Positions 39,436 through 46,968 of a DNA stretch of 46,968 nt are shown piece by piece. The translations under genes were made by a program, and so were the position numbers. Under the pieces are notes generated by a model. The model was not told the origin of the DNA. It ran no database searches and saw only the letters and a program-made list of their open reading frames with translations. Each line of letters opens with the position of its first letter. The first letter of the stretch is position 1. The stretch is from an uncultured Acidimicrobiales bacterium (lineage in GTDB: Bacteria; Actinomycetota; Acidimicrobiia; Acidimicrobiales; SZUA-35), in NCBI GenBank assembly GCA_937981915.1, contig CALJMD010000214.1, positions 1 through 46,968 of the forward strand. Direction: 5' to 3'.

Positions 39436-40188
39436 ATGTCGCAGGGGGCTGAGATAGTTGCAGTGGACCCCGGATCGTCGGTTTCAGCCGCCGTTCCGGC
39501 TGATGACGTGCCGACGTGGAGTCGAGCCGTTGAGTACGGGCGTCGCCTGATTCCGGTTGTTATTGGGGCCTTGGCGATTGTGACCGTCATGTTGTTGGTG
39601 GACCGGACTCGGTTTCTATCGACGTTTGACACCGACTTCTCGGACAGCGGGTTGTTTCAGGTCACACAGTGTCAGGAGTTGGGCGGTGACAGCGGCCAGT
39701 GGCGCTGCAACGGCTCACTAACCGAGGATGGCCGTCTCACTGAGGTTCCGTCTCGCTTGGTCGCTACTCGGGGCTCGCTGTCGTCCTCTCGCCCCTACGT
39801 AGGTGAGCGCCTGGACGTATTCTTCGAGACGGGCGACAACTCGACGGTGTATCCGCAGTCGGCCCGTCTCGGCGAGTTGACCAGGCTGTACGTGCAGCTT
39901 GTGCCGATGTTCTTACTGCTGTTGGGTGCCTTGTTGTGGCTCACCGGATGGGTTGCAAAGATGTTCGGTCCCCGGCCGGGCTCGACCGATGAAATGATCG
40001 TGGTCGAGAAGGGTCGGCAACTTCAGCCCTCTTGGGCCGCTAGCGAAGTCGGCTTTGGTCCGTTACGCCTACCGGCGGTTGGCGCCTTGCAGCGTCGGGG
40101 TGGAGCGTGGCTGGTGACCGGGTTCGTGGCGGCTGTTGCAGTTGCGGTCCTGACTCGAATCGTGCTTGGCTCGCTGGGTCTCCCTTAA
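39436..40188 (+). CDS. Hypothetical membrane protein (three TM helices, extracellular Cys pair)
   Basis: Hydrophobic segments flank a C..C beta-type domain; ATG 39436 lies 7 nt after TACAGT. Confidence 0.65.
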   Translation: MSQGAEIVAVDPGSSVSAAVPADDVPTWSRAVEYGRRLIPVVIGALAIVTVMLLVDRTRFLSTFDTDFSDSGLFQVTQCQELGGDSGQWRCNGSLTEDGRLTEVPSRLVATRGSLSSSRPYVGERLDVFFETGDNSTVYPQSARLGELTRLYVQLVPMFLLLLGALLWLTGWVAKMFGPRPGSTDEMIVVEKGRQLQPSWAASEVGFGPLRLPAVGALQRRGGAWLVTGFVAAVAVAVLTRIVLGSLGLP

Positions 40189-40201
40189 GCCTTCCCACCA
40201 G

Positions 40202-41623
40202 ATGAAGTCCCCATTGTCTTCGCCCGACGTCATTGTGATTGGCGGGGGAGTGGGCGGATGCGTTGTAGCGCTGCGTCTGGCTGAACACGGGCGACGCGTG
40301 CTCGTAGTCGAAGCTGGGCCCGCTTCGCCGTTGCCTGACGGGTTGCGCCGCTTGGATGTCGAGCAGTCAGGGGGGAGTCGACGTCGCTGGAGCGGCGTCA
40401 CCGTCTCTCCCGGTGGTGCCGATCGGCCGTACCTTCAAGGGCGTGGTCTCGGTGGCTCCGGCGGACTGAACGGAGCGGTTTTGGCCATGCCGACGAGCTC
40501 TGAACTGAACCGGTGGAGCGCCGCTACAGGCTCCGATCAGTGGGCTCCGGATTCGTTCGTGGCCGGGGCGGAACGGGCAGTTGAGGCGCTGGGCTCGACG
40601 TTGCTGTGTGATGACACGGCCGGCCTGGATCTCGACGACATGTTCGCGCCGCTGGCCCCGGTCAGTGCCGGTTCGACCTTGACCGGTGAATCGGCCGGAC
40701 TCTTTGTGCCTGCCCTGGCCGCACAACGCTCCGATGATGGTGTGATCAGCCGGGTTCTGGTGGCGGACCGGCTTGCAGAGTTACCGACTCGAATCGAGGT
40801 CCGCTCCGAGTCGGTCGTCGTGCGCCTACTAGGTGACGACGGCCGGGTGACCGGCGTGCAGCTGGCCGGTGGGGACGTTGTCACTGCCGATGAGGTCGTG
40901 GTCTGCGCTGGTTCGGTTCAAACTCCGCTCTTGTTGCAACGATCTGAAATGCTGGGGAAGGCAATAACGGGCCTTGACCATGCGTCGGTGGCATTGCCCT
41001 TCAGTGTCCCGCTCCGGTCCGATGCCAACGGTGGAGACCATCAATCCTTGGTGCGTCGCGTCGGTAGGTGGGCGCCGATGGCGACCGTGGATAGCGGCCA
41101 GGCCGGTGAGGTTGTACTGCATGTCATCGGTCCGCTAACTGGTGACCGCACTGAGAGGTCGTCGCCTTGGCTGGCACTTTTGTCGCCTGGTTTGGCCGCC
41201 CGACGCGCAGTTCATAGTGAAGGCTCGTCGGTGGTACTCGGCGGACTCCAATGGGATCGTGACTGCATCGACGTCATGACGTCGGCTGTTCGTGCTGCAA
41301 CCGAGCAGATCTCGGACTGTTTGATTTCAGGTGGCGCGGATGTTGAACTCACCCCTGATCTACGGCGAGACCTCAGCCACCAGCCAAAGGACGCGGACGC
41401 TGTTCTGCGCTGGATGAACCAGTTTGCCGGTCCGACCTACCATCTGTCCTCGACGTTGGCGTCGACCTCAATACTGGGCTCGTCTAGAGCGATTGGGAGG
41501 CTAGACGGGTGGTCCAACTTGGCGGTTGCCGATGCATCGGTCTTGCCCGGGCTGCCCGCGGTTGGCCCCCAGCTGGCGGTTATGGCCGTCGCTGAGCTGG
41601 TCAGCGAAGCGTTGCTCATGTAG
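40202..41623 (+). CDS. GMC family oxidoreductase, short and divergent
   Basis: DVIVIGGGVGG, EAG, GRGLGGS..NG, TPLLLQRS, YHLSST, VADASVLP. Confidence 0.8.
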   Translation: MKSPLSSPDVIVIGGGVGGCVVALRLAEHGRRVLVVEAGPASPLPDGLRRLDVEQSGGSRRRWSGVTVSPGGADRPYLQGRGLGGSGGLNGAVLAMPTSSELNRWSAATGSDQWAPDSFVAGAERAVEALGSTLLCDDTAGLDLDDMFAPLAPVSAGSTLTGESAGLFVPALAAQRSDDGVISRVLVADRLAELPTRIEVRSESVVVRLLGDDGRVTGVQLAGGDVVTADEVVVCAGSVQTPLLLQRSEMLGKAITGLDHASVALPFSVPLRSDANGGDHQSLVRRVGRWAPMATVDSGQAGEVVLHVIGPLTGDRTERSSPWLALLSPGLAARRAVHSEGSSVVLGGLQWDRDCIDVMTSAVRAATEQISDCLISGGADVELTPDLRRDLSHQPKDADAVLRWMNQFAGPTYHLSSTLASTSILGSSRAIGRLDGWSNLAVADASVLPGLPAVGPQLAVMAVAELVSEALLM

Positions 41624-41766
41624 AGAAGATGTTGTTAAGACGAAAGTCGTCTGGAACAAATGGGGCCGCGGTAGCGTTCTACTAAGCAGGTATCTGTTTT
41701 TAGGCGTGTGACGTCGGCCGGTCGTTAGGTCTGGTTCGGAGTGTCCACGCCAGGGAGATTCGGGAA

Positions 41767-42471
41767 ATGGCATTCGCACAAACATCCAGCACACCGGTTA
41801 TTGAAGCTGATGAGGGGACACGTTCAACGTTCCTGGTCAGGGTGTATCAGCACCTGGCGCTCGCTGTTGCGGCGTTCATCGGGTTTGAGGCGCTTCTGTT
41901 CACGCTCGGCATCGCCGAGGCGTTCTACGACTTCGTTGCCGGCTCGGGCGGCTTTGCCTGGCTGCTGATCCTCGGTGGCTTTGCCATCGTCAGTTCGATC
42001 GCCACGCGATCGGCGCATTCACTTGGTGACACCAGAATGCAGTACGGCGCCCTGTTTGCCATGGCGTTGGCGGAGGCGCTGATCTTCGCCCCGTTCCTGT
42101 ACATGTTCTTCAACGGCAGCGGTGGCGGAACCTCAACCGTGTTGACTGCGGCTGTCGTAACCATCATTGGCTTTACCGCACTGTCGGTCGTGGCCATGGT
42201 GACCCGCAGGGATCTCTCGCCGTTGCGACCACTCATCATGTGGGGAAGTTTCGCCGCCATCGGGCTTATCATCGCCGCCGTGATTTTCGGCTTTCAGCTC
42301 GGCCCGATCTTCTCAATTGCGATGGTGGCGCTGGCTGGTGCCTCGATCTTGTATCAGACCCAAAACATCGTGCGTCAGTACCCGGCTTGGGCCTATGTGG
42401 GCGCAGCCGTCAGCCTGTTCGGCTCACTGATGATGATGTTCTGGTACATCCTCCGCCTGATGCGGGACTAA
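41767..42471 (+). CDS. Bax inhibitor-1/YccA family membrane protein
   Basis: About 7 TM helices; R.TFL.RVY.HL, ILYQTQNI, AAVSLF.S...MFWYILRL. Confidence 0.88.
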   Translation: MAFAQTSSTPVIEADEGTRSTFLVRVYQHLALAVAAFIGFEALLFTLGIAEAFYDFVAGSGGFAWLLILGGFAIVSSIATRSAHSLGDTRMQYGALFAMALAEALIFAPFLYMFFNGSGGGTSTVLTAAVVTIIGFTALSVVAMVTRRDLSPLRPLIMWGSFAAIGLIIAAVIFGFQLGPIFSIAMVALAGASILYQTQNIVRQYPAWAYVGAAVSLFGSLMMMFWYILRLMRD

Positions 42472-42514
42472 ACACCCCCGATCTGACCGCTGTCGGATCA
42501 TAAAAGTAGTATTT

Positions 42515-42592
42515 GGACCGTTCCCGGCATGGGTCGGCTGGCCTAGCGAGTGTCTCGATCTAGGACCGGCGGCCCATGCCGGGGTCCGTTTT
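42515..42592 (+). terminator. Long imperfect hairpin with short U-tract
   Basis: CCCGGCATGGG/CCCATGCCGGG plus inner CCTAG/CTAGG and CGAG/CTCG stems, followed by GTTTT. Confidence 0.55.
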
Positions 42593-42628
42593 GCACTGGC
42601 CTTGTGGCTATCTTTACTCATCCTTGTC

Positions 42629-42657
42629 TTGTCGGGTGTCGACCTCATCCGTACTCT
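42629..42657 (+). promoter_or_regulatory. sigma70-type promoter upstream of the GH16 gene
   Basis: TTGTCG, 17-bp spacer, TACTCT. Confidence 0.5.
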
Positions 42658-42820
42658 CCATCAGTGAAGGCAGCACGCGTCGCGCCGACCGACTCGAAAT
42701 GAAGTCGGCTGTGTCGCCGTGCTGTGCTCCGGACATCGACCATGTTGATCCGGAGAGATTGGTTACGACGGTGGGTGTGTCAGGTTGCGCTCACCGAGGT
42801 GCGGTGGCAAGGAGCCATAC

Positions 42821-44131
42821 ATGGCAGGAAAAGTACTTCGACGAGATCGGCGGAGACCGTCCAAGAGTGGGGCGTTGCCCGCACTGATCGTTTGCGGGTT
42901 TGTTATTGCCATCGGGGCCATGGTTGCTTCTTCGATTGGTGTTGCTGACAGCAAGACCAGCCGTTCCGACAGGGCCATCGCCGACGAGACTGTCACTGCG
43001 TCAGATGCCGGGCGCGGCAACAAGGGCAAGGGCAAAGCGCTTGGCCTTCAGCGGGATCGAGACACGAAACGCGGTGTGCTTGTCGTCAAGAACAACGGTC
43101 GGGGCTCGTTCACCAACTCGTCGTCGTCGACGTCGTCGTCGACACCTTCATCCTCGACGACCACATCGGAGCCTGGTTCGTCGTCGACCTCGACCATGTC
43201 TGTCGGTTCGTCAACGACTTCAAAATCGGGCTCATCGTCTACGACCGCCCCGGTTGTCAGCTCCACCTCAACGCCGTCAACGAAACCTCCGACAACGTCG
43301 GTAACCACAACGGCGGTCACATCGACCACTGTTACTTCAACCACTATCGCTCCGACCACGACGGCCAAACCGGTCACAACCTCAACTACGGCTGCGCCCA
43401 GGGCGGGCGAGTGGTTTGAAGGCTTTGACTCGCTGAATACCAGCCGTTGGGCGCCGGAGCACTCAACGTACGGAGACGGCAACGGTGAACGCCAGTGTTA
43501 CCAGCCGGACAACGTGTCGGTCCAGGGTGGCAAGTTGGTTCTCCGTGCGGTGGAGCAAACAGTCACTTGTCCGGGCGGATCGACCAGGACAATCAGTTCC
43601 GGCATGGTTCGAAGTAGGGGACTGTCATTCTCGCCGGGACAAGCAATCGAGTTCCGGGTCAAACTGACCGTAGCCGACCCATCGAACCAGGCCGGACTGT
43701 GGCCTGCGGTGTGGGCATCGAGCTGGGCGGGCGGTGGGTGGCCCACCGGCGGCGAGCTCGACTTCCTTGAGGTGATGACTGCCGAGGATCCGAATAGGGC
43801 TGTGTTCTCGATGCACTACGCAGACGAGTCAGGGCGTCACCGGTTACAGAACCGACCGTCCTACCTCGGTGGCCGGTTCAGCGATGAGTGGCATACGATC
43901 CGCTTCGACTACGGATACGGGGGCAAGCTGACCTGGTACCTGGATGGTCGTGAGACCTTCTCTGTGGACTATGCCGCCACCAGGCAGGGCTACCCTGCGC
44001 CGTTCGATCAGACCATTCGCGAGATCAAGGTAAACATGGCCGTTGGGGGATCTCCTGGAGCTCTGGGGTCGGGCGTGCTGTCGAAGGACGCCACCTTTGA
44101 AGTCGACTACATCCGGGTCTTCAACCTCTAG
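42821..44131 (+). CDS. Secreted or anchored GH16 glycoside hydrolase with Ser/Thr-rich linker
   Basis: SD AAGGAG before ATG 42821; N-terminal hydrophobic helix; S/T stalk; GLWPA.W, catalytic ELDFLE, FEVDYIRVF. Confidence 0.88.
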   Translation: MAGKVLRRDRRRPSKSGALPALIVCGFVIAIGAMVASSIGVADSKTSRSDRAIADETVTASDAGRGNKGKGKALGLQRDRDTKRGVLVVKNNGRGSFTNSSSSTSSSTPSSSTTTSEPGSSSTSTMSVGSSTTSKSGSSSTTAPVVSSTSTPSTKPPTTSVTTTAVTSTTVTSTTIAPTTTAKPVTTSTTAAPRAGEWFEGFDSLNTSRWAPEHSTYGDGNGERQCYQPDNVSVQGGKLVLRAVEQTVTCPGGSTRTISSGMVRSRGLSFSPGQAIEFRVKLTVADPSNQAGLWPAVWASSWAGGGWPTGGELDFLEVMTAEDPNRAVFSMHYADESGRHRLQNRPSYLGGRFSDEWHTIRFDYGYGGKLTWYLDGRETFSVDYAATRQGYPAPFDQTIREIKVNMAVGGSPGALGSGVLSKDATFEVDYIRVFNL

Positions 44132-44144
44132 TTGAGCGGCAGCG

Positions 44145-44173
44145 GCTCCCGTCACCACAGCGGTGGCGGGGGC
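44145..44173 (+). terminator. Hairpin after the GH16 gene
   Basis: GCTCCCGTCACC / GGTGGCGGGGGC stem with G-U pairs, beginning 14 nt after the stop. Confidence 0.5.
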
Positions 44174-44381
44174 TCGCCAACCATGTAGTCACATGGCCAA
44201 TCCTTTTTGTATCTATAGCGAAGCGAGCCCTGGCCGACTAAAACGTTAGATAGACGTTTCGGCCCGGCGTATCGGTTCGACTAATCGCCACCACCTGATT
44301 GCCTTGTTAACTGGCGTTTCTTCGCGACTTTTGCTAGCTGTCGTCCGTCTCTCTGAGTGGTAAACAGATGCAGGAGTACAG

Positions 44382-45407
44382 ATGCGAAACATTCGAAGGT
44401 GGTGGCTTTGGCCGCTGCTCGGCATGCTTCTCTGCGCAGCGATAATGGGCTTGATAATGGCCGGCGTTGCCAGAGACCGCGCAGCGGATGCTGCCGCGGC
44501 GGCACTAGAAGGCGCAGGGCTTGATTCGGCGGTCAGCTACGTTGGCCTTCAGGGCCGAGGCCTGGACGGCCTTGGCGGTGATGGCCTGAACGTTGTTCTC
44601 GAAGGTCCGGCGGCCAATCAGGAAGCGGCTGTTCAAGCCGTTCGATCCCGAGACCAGATCGACGACGTGGAGTACCGGATCACTGAAGGTGACGCCGAGC
44701 CGGCACCCGAACCGGAGCCGGAACCCGAGCCAGAACCTGAGGTAGCGCTAGCGCCCATGGGTCTGGCAGCGGCTGCAGCCGGTGGCGCCATCGTCTTGGA
44801 CGGAGCAGTGCCGGACGAAGCTACCCGAGGGGCCATCGTTAGTTCGGCAGAAGCCGAATACGGGGCTACTAACGTCACCGACAACCTCACAATCGACGGT
44901 GACACCGTCGGCGAGGGTGGCGAGCTGGTAATAACCGGTGAAGCCGAGTCTGACGCTCAGAAGACCGAGTGGATCAGTCAGGCGTCAGTCGTCGCAACGG
45001 CAGGCGGCCTTGACCTAGTTGATCGAGTAACGGTTGCCTCAATCGAGCAGTCACTGAATGACCTGTTCCAATTGGAGCCAATCGAATTCGATGTCAACCG
45101 AGCGACGATTCGACCGGAATCAACTGCGACGCTTGACGCCGCAGCCGAGATGATCAACGCCAACCCTGCGGTTGGGGATCTCCTCGTCGTCGGGCACACC
45201 GACAGCGACGGAGACGAAGGTTCCAACCAGGCCCTGAGCGACGCTCGAGCCCAAGCAGTTGTTGCCTATCTGGTAGAAACCGGCAACGTTGACGCTGACC
45301 GACTTGACTCGGAAGGCAGGGGCGAGAGCGAGTTGCTCATCGATCCCGAGACCTCACCCGAGGATAAGCAGCGGAACCGGCGCATCGCCTGGGAGCTTCG
45401 ATCATGA
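44382..45407 (+). CDS. BON + OmpA-like peptidoglycan-binding membrane protein (ArfA-like architecture)
   Basis: SD AGGAG; N-terminal TM, (EP)n linker, BON-like L.GAVPDEA.R..I...A, OmpA domain GHTD..N.ALS..RA.AV..YL, NRRI. Confidence 0.85.
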   Translation: MRNIRRWWLWPLLGMLLCAAIMGLIMAGVARDRAADAAAAALEGAGLDSAVSYVGLQGRGLDGLGGDGLNVVLEGPAANQEAAVQAVRSRDQIDDVEYRITEGDAEPAPEPEPEPEPEPEVALAPMGLAAAAAGGAIVLDGAVPDEATRGAIVSSAEAEYGATNVTDNLTIDGDTVGEGGELVITGEAESDAQKTEWISQASVVATAGGLDLVDRVTVASIEQSLNDLFQLEPIEFDVNRATIRPESTATLDAAAEMINANPAVGDLLVVGHTDSDGDEGSNQALSDARAQAVVAYLVETGNVDADRLDSEGRGESELLIDPETSPEDKQRNRRIAWELRS

Positions 45408-45486
45408 CATCAACAGTTCTAACAGTAAGTACGAAATCGAAATCACGAGCCGACGACGGCGACATCACAAAGGGAGCAAAATAGAG

Positions 45487-46968
45487 ATGGGTTGGTTATT
45501 CGGAACGATTGCATTGGCACTGCTGCTGTGCTTCCTCCTAGGATTGCTGCTCGGACTGCTTTGGTGGTGGTGGCGTCGTCGAGGCGAGGTCGCCGAGCGA
45601 GAGCGGATTCGACTTGAAAGCGAAGCGGAGACTGATCGGCTGCGCCGTCGAGTCACCGAGCTGAAGACGGCTGAGACACGAGCAGACGAGATCCAGCTTG
45701 AGTTGGACGGAGTTCGAGAGCGGGCCGATCGAGTCCCGAGCCTGGAGTCTGAGCTAAAGGGCTTTAAGTCCAAGGCTGATCTGGTGCCGGGTCTGGAGCA
45801 ACAGGTAGTCGCTCTTCGTGGCAAAGCCGATCGCTCGACAGAGCTTGAAGCTGAGGTCAGCGGTCTAAAGGCAGAAGCCGGCAAGGTCGGCGGTCTTCAA
45901 GCTGATCTGTCAAAGTTCAAAACGGAGGCCGGCAAGGTCGGTGGTCTTGAGACTCGAGTCGCTTCCTTGACAAAGGACTTGGACTCGGCGAAAGCTGATG
46001 CCGCCAAGGTGTCTGGCCTTGAAGCTGAACTGACCAAGTTCAAAGCTGAGGCTGGCAAGGTGTCCGGTCTCGAAGCTGAGTTGGCCAAGGCGAAAGCCGA
46101 CGCTGGCAAGGTTGGCGGTCTTGAAGCTGAGCTGACGAAGTTCAAAGCTGAGGCTGGCAAGGTTGGCGGTCTGCAGTCACAGATTCAGGGTTTCAAGGCG
46201 CAGGCTGACAAGTCAGCCTCACTCGAAACTGAGTTGGCGAAGGCGAAAGCTGATGCTGGCAAGGTTGGCGGTCTTGAAGCTGAGTTGACGAAGTTCAAGG
46301 CTGAGGCTGGCAAGGTGTCCGGTCTTGAAGCTGAGTTGGCGAAGGCGAAAGCTGATGCTGGCAAGGTGGCTGGTCTCGAAGCTGAGTTGGCGAAGGCCAA
46401 GGCTGATGCTGGCAAGGTGTCCGGTCTTGAAGCTGAGTTGGCGAAGTTCAAGGCTGAGGCTGGCAAGGTAAGTGGTTTGCAGGCTGAGTTGGCGAAGGCG
46501 AAAGCTGATGCCGGCAAGGTGGCTGGTCTCGAATCCCGAGTCTCGTCATTGTCGAAGGATCTCGACCTCTCTAAGGCCGAGGCCGGCAAGGTGTCCGGTC
46601 TGCAGTCGCAGATGCAGGGCTTCAAGGCGCAGGCTGATAAGTCGGCTTCACTTGAGGCTGAGCTGAGCAAGGCAAGGGCTGAGGCTGGCAAGGTCAGTGG
46701 TTTGCAGGCTGAGTTGGCGAAGGCGAAAGCTGATGCTGGCAAGGTTGGTGGCCTCGAAGCTGAGTTGGCCAAGTTCAAGGCTGAGGCTGGCAAGGTAAGT
46801 GGTTTGCAGGCTGAGTTGGCGAAGGCGAAAGCTGATGCTGGCAAAGTTGGTGGCCTCGAAGCTGAGTTGGCCAAGGCGAGGGCTGAGGCTGGCAAGGTAA
46901 GTGGTTTGCAGGCTGAGTTGGCGAAGGCGAAAGCTGACGCTGGCAAGGTTGGCGGTCTTGAAGCCGAG
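45487..46968 (+). CDS. Membrane-anchored long coiled-coil repeat protein, 3'-truncated (absent from the ORF track)
   Basis: SD AGGGAG; ATG 45487, MGWLFGTIALALLLCFLLGLLLGLLWWWWRRR...; hand translation gives 494 codons with no stop to the window end. Confidence 0.9.
   Translation, partial: MGWLFGTIALALLLCFLLGLLLGLLWWWWRRRGEVAERERIRLESEAETDRLRRRVTELKTAETRADEIQLELDGVRERADRVPSLESELKGFKSKADLVPGLEQQVVALRGKADRSTELEAEVSGLKAEAGKVGGLQADLSKFKTEAGKVGGLETRVASLTKDLDSAKADAAKVSGLEAELTKFKAEAGKVSGLEAELAKAKADAGKVGGLEAELTKFKAEAGKVGGLQSQIQGFKAQADKSASLETELAKAKADAGKVGGLEAELTKFKAEAGKVSGLEAELAKAKADAGKVAGLEAELAKAKADAGKVSGLEAELAKFKAEAGKVSGLQAELAKAKADAGKVAGLESRVSSLSKDLDLSKAEAGKVSGLQSQMQGFKAQADKSASLEAELSKARAEAGKVSGLQAELAKAKADAGKVGGLEAELAKFKAEAGKVSGLQAELAKAKADAGKVGGLEAELAKARAEAGKVSGLQAELAKAKADAGKVGGLEAE
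45691..46968 (+). repeat. Coding tandem repeat, 51-bp (17-aa) unit with two 72-bp (24-aa) variants
   Basis: 24 complete units plus a partial one; consensus L(E/Q)AEL(A/T)K(A/F)KA(D/E)AGKV(G/S)G; 24-aa units at 45946-46017 and 46528-46599. Confidence 0.93.

Noticed and set aside
45465-46946. Minus-strand ORFs in the track (45465-45884, 45897-46160, 46185-46946)
   Set aside because: These are antisense shadows of the plus-strand repeat gene, which has the SD, TM anchor and uninterrupted frame.
45691-46968. CRISPR array or non-coding satellite
   Set aside because: The units are contiguous multiples of 3 with no unique spacers, vary largely at synonymous positions and lie in one open frame.

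Overview
High-GC bacterial chromosome segment. Gene content suggests Actinomycetota, probably Acidimicrobiia (inference). The backbone is core actinobacterial synteny: korAB, PrsA-like PPIase-mazG, eno-ftsB, DUF501-ppx, maf and tRNA-Leu(UAA). About 9.8 kb separates ftsB from DUF501 and carries a BON/OmpA protein, a form II CoxL-type molybdenum hydroxylase cluster (coxS-coxM-split xdhC-coxL...mocA-coxG) and a GH13 gene. Three things are not visible in the ORF track. (1) selD (36146-37207, minus) has an in-frame TGA at its active site (HGAG-U-ACK) followed directly by a 12-bp SECIS-like hairpin, so it is a selenoprotein. (2) An unlisted ORF of more than 494 aa from 45487 to the window end encodes a membrane-anchored coiled coil of 17-residue (51-bp) repeats, downstream of a second BON/OmpA gene. 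(3) A self-contained sRNA candidate of about 95 nt (promoter, anti-SD loop, terminator) lies at 17548-17677. Also present are a probable pseudokinase-FHA pair, a Vps62-like membrane protein, a structured GH16 leader and many apparently leaderless genes. No IS, integrase, prophage, CRISPR or rRNA was seen. All assignments come from reading motifs by eye; no database searches were run.
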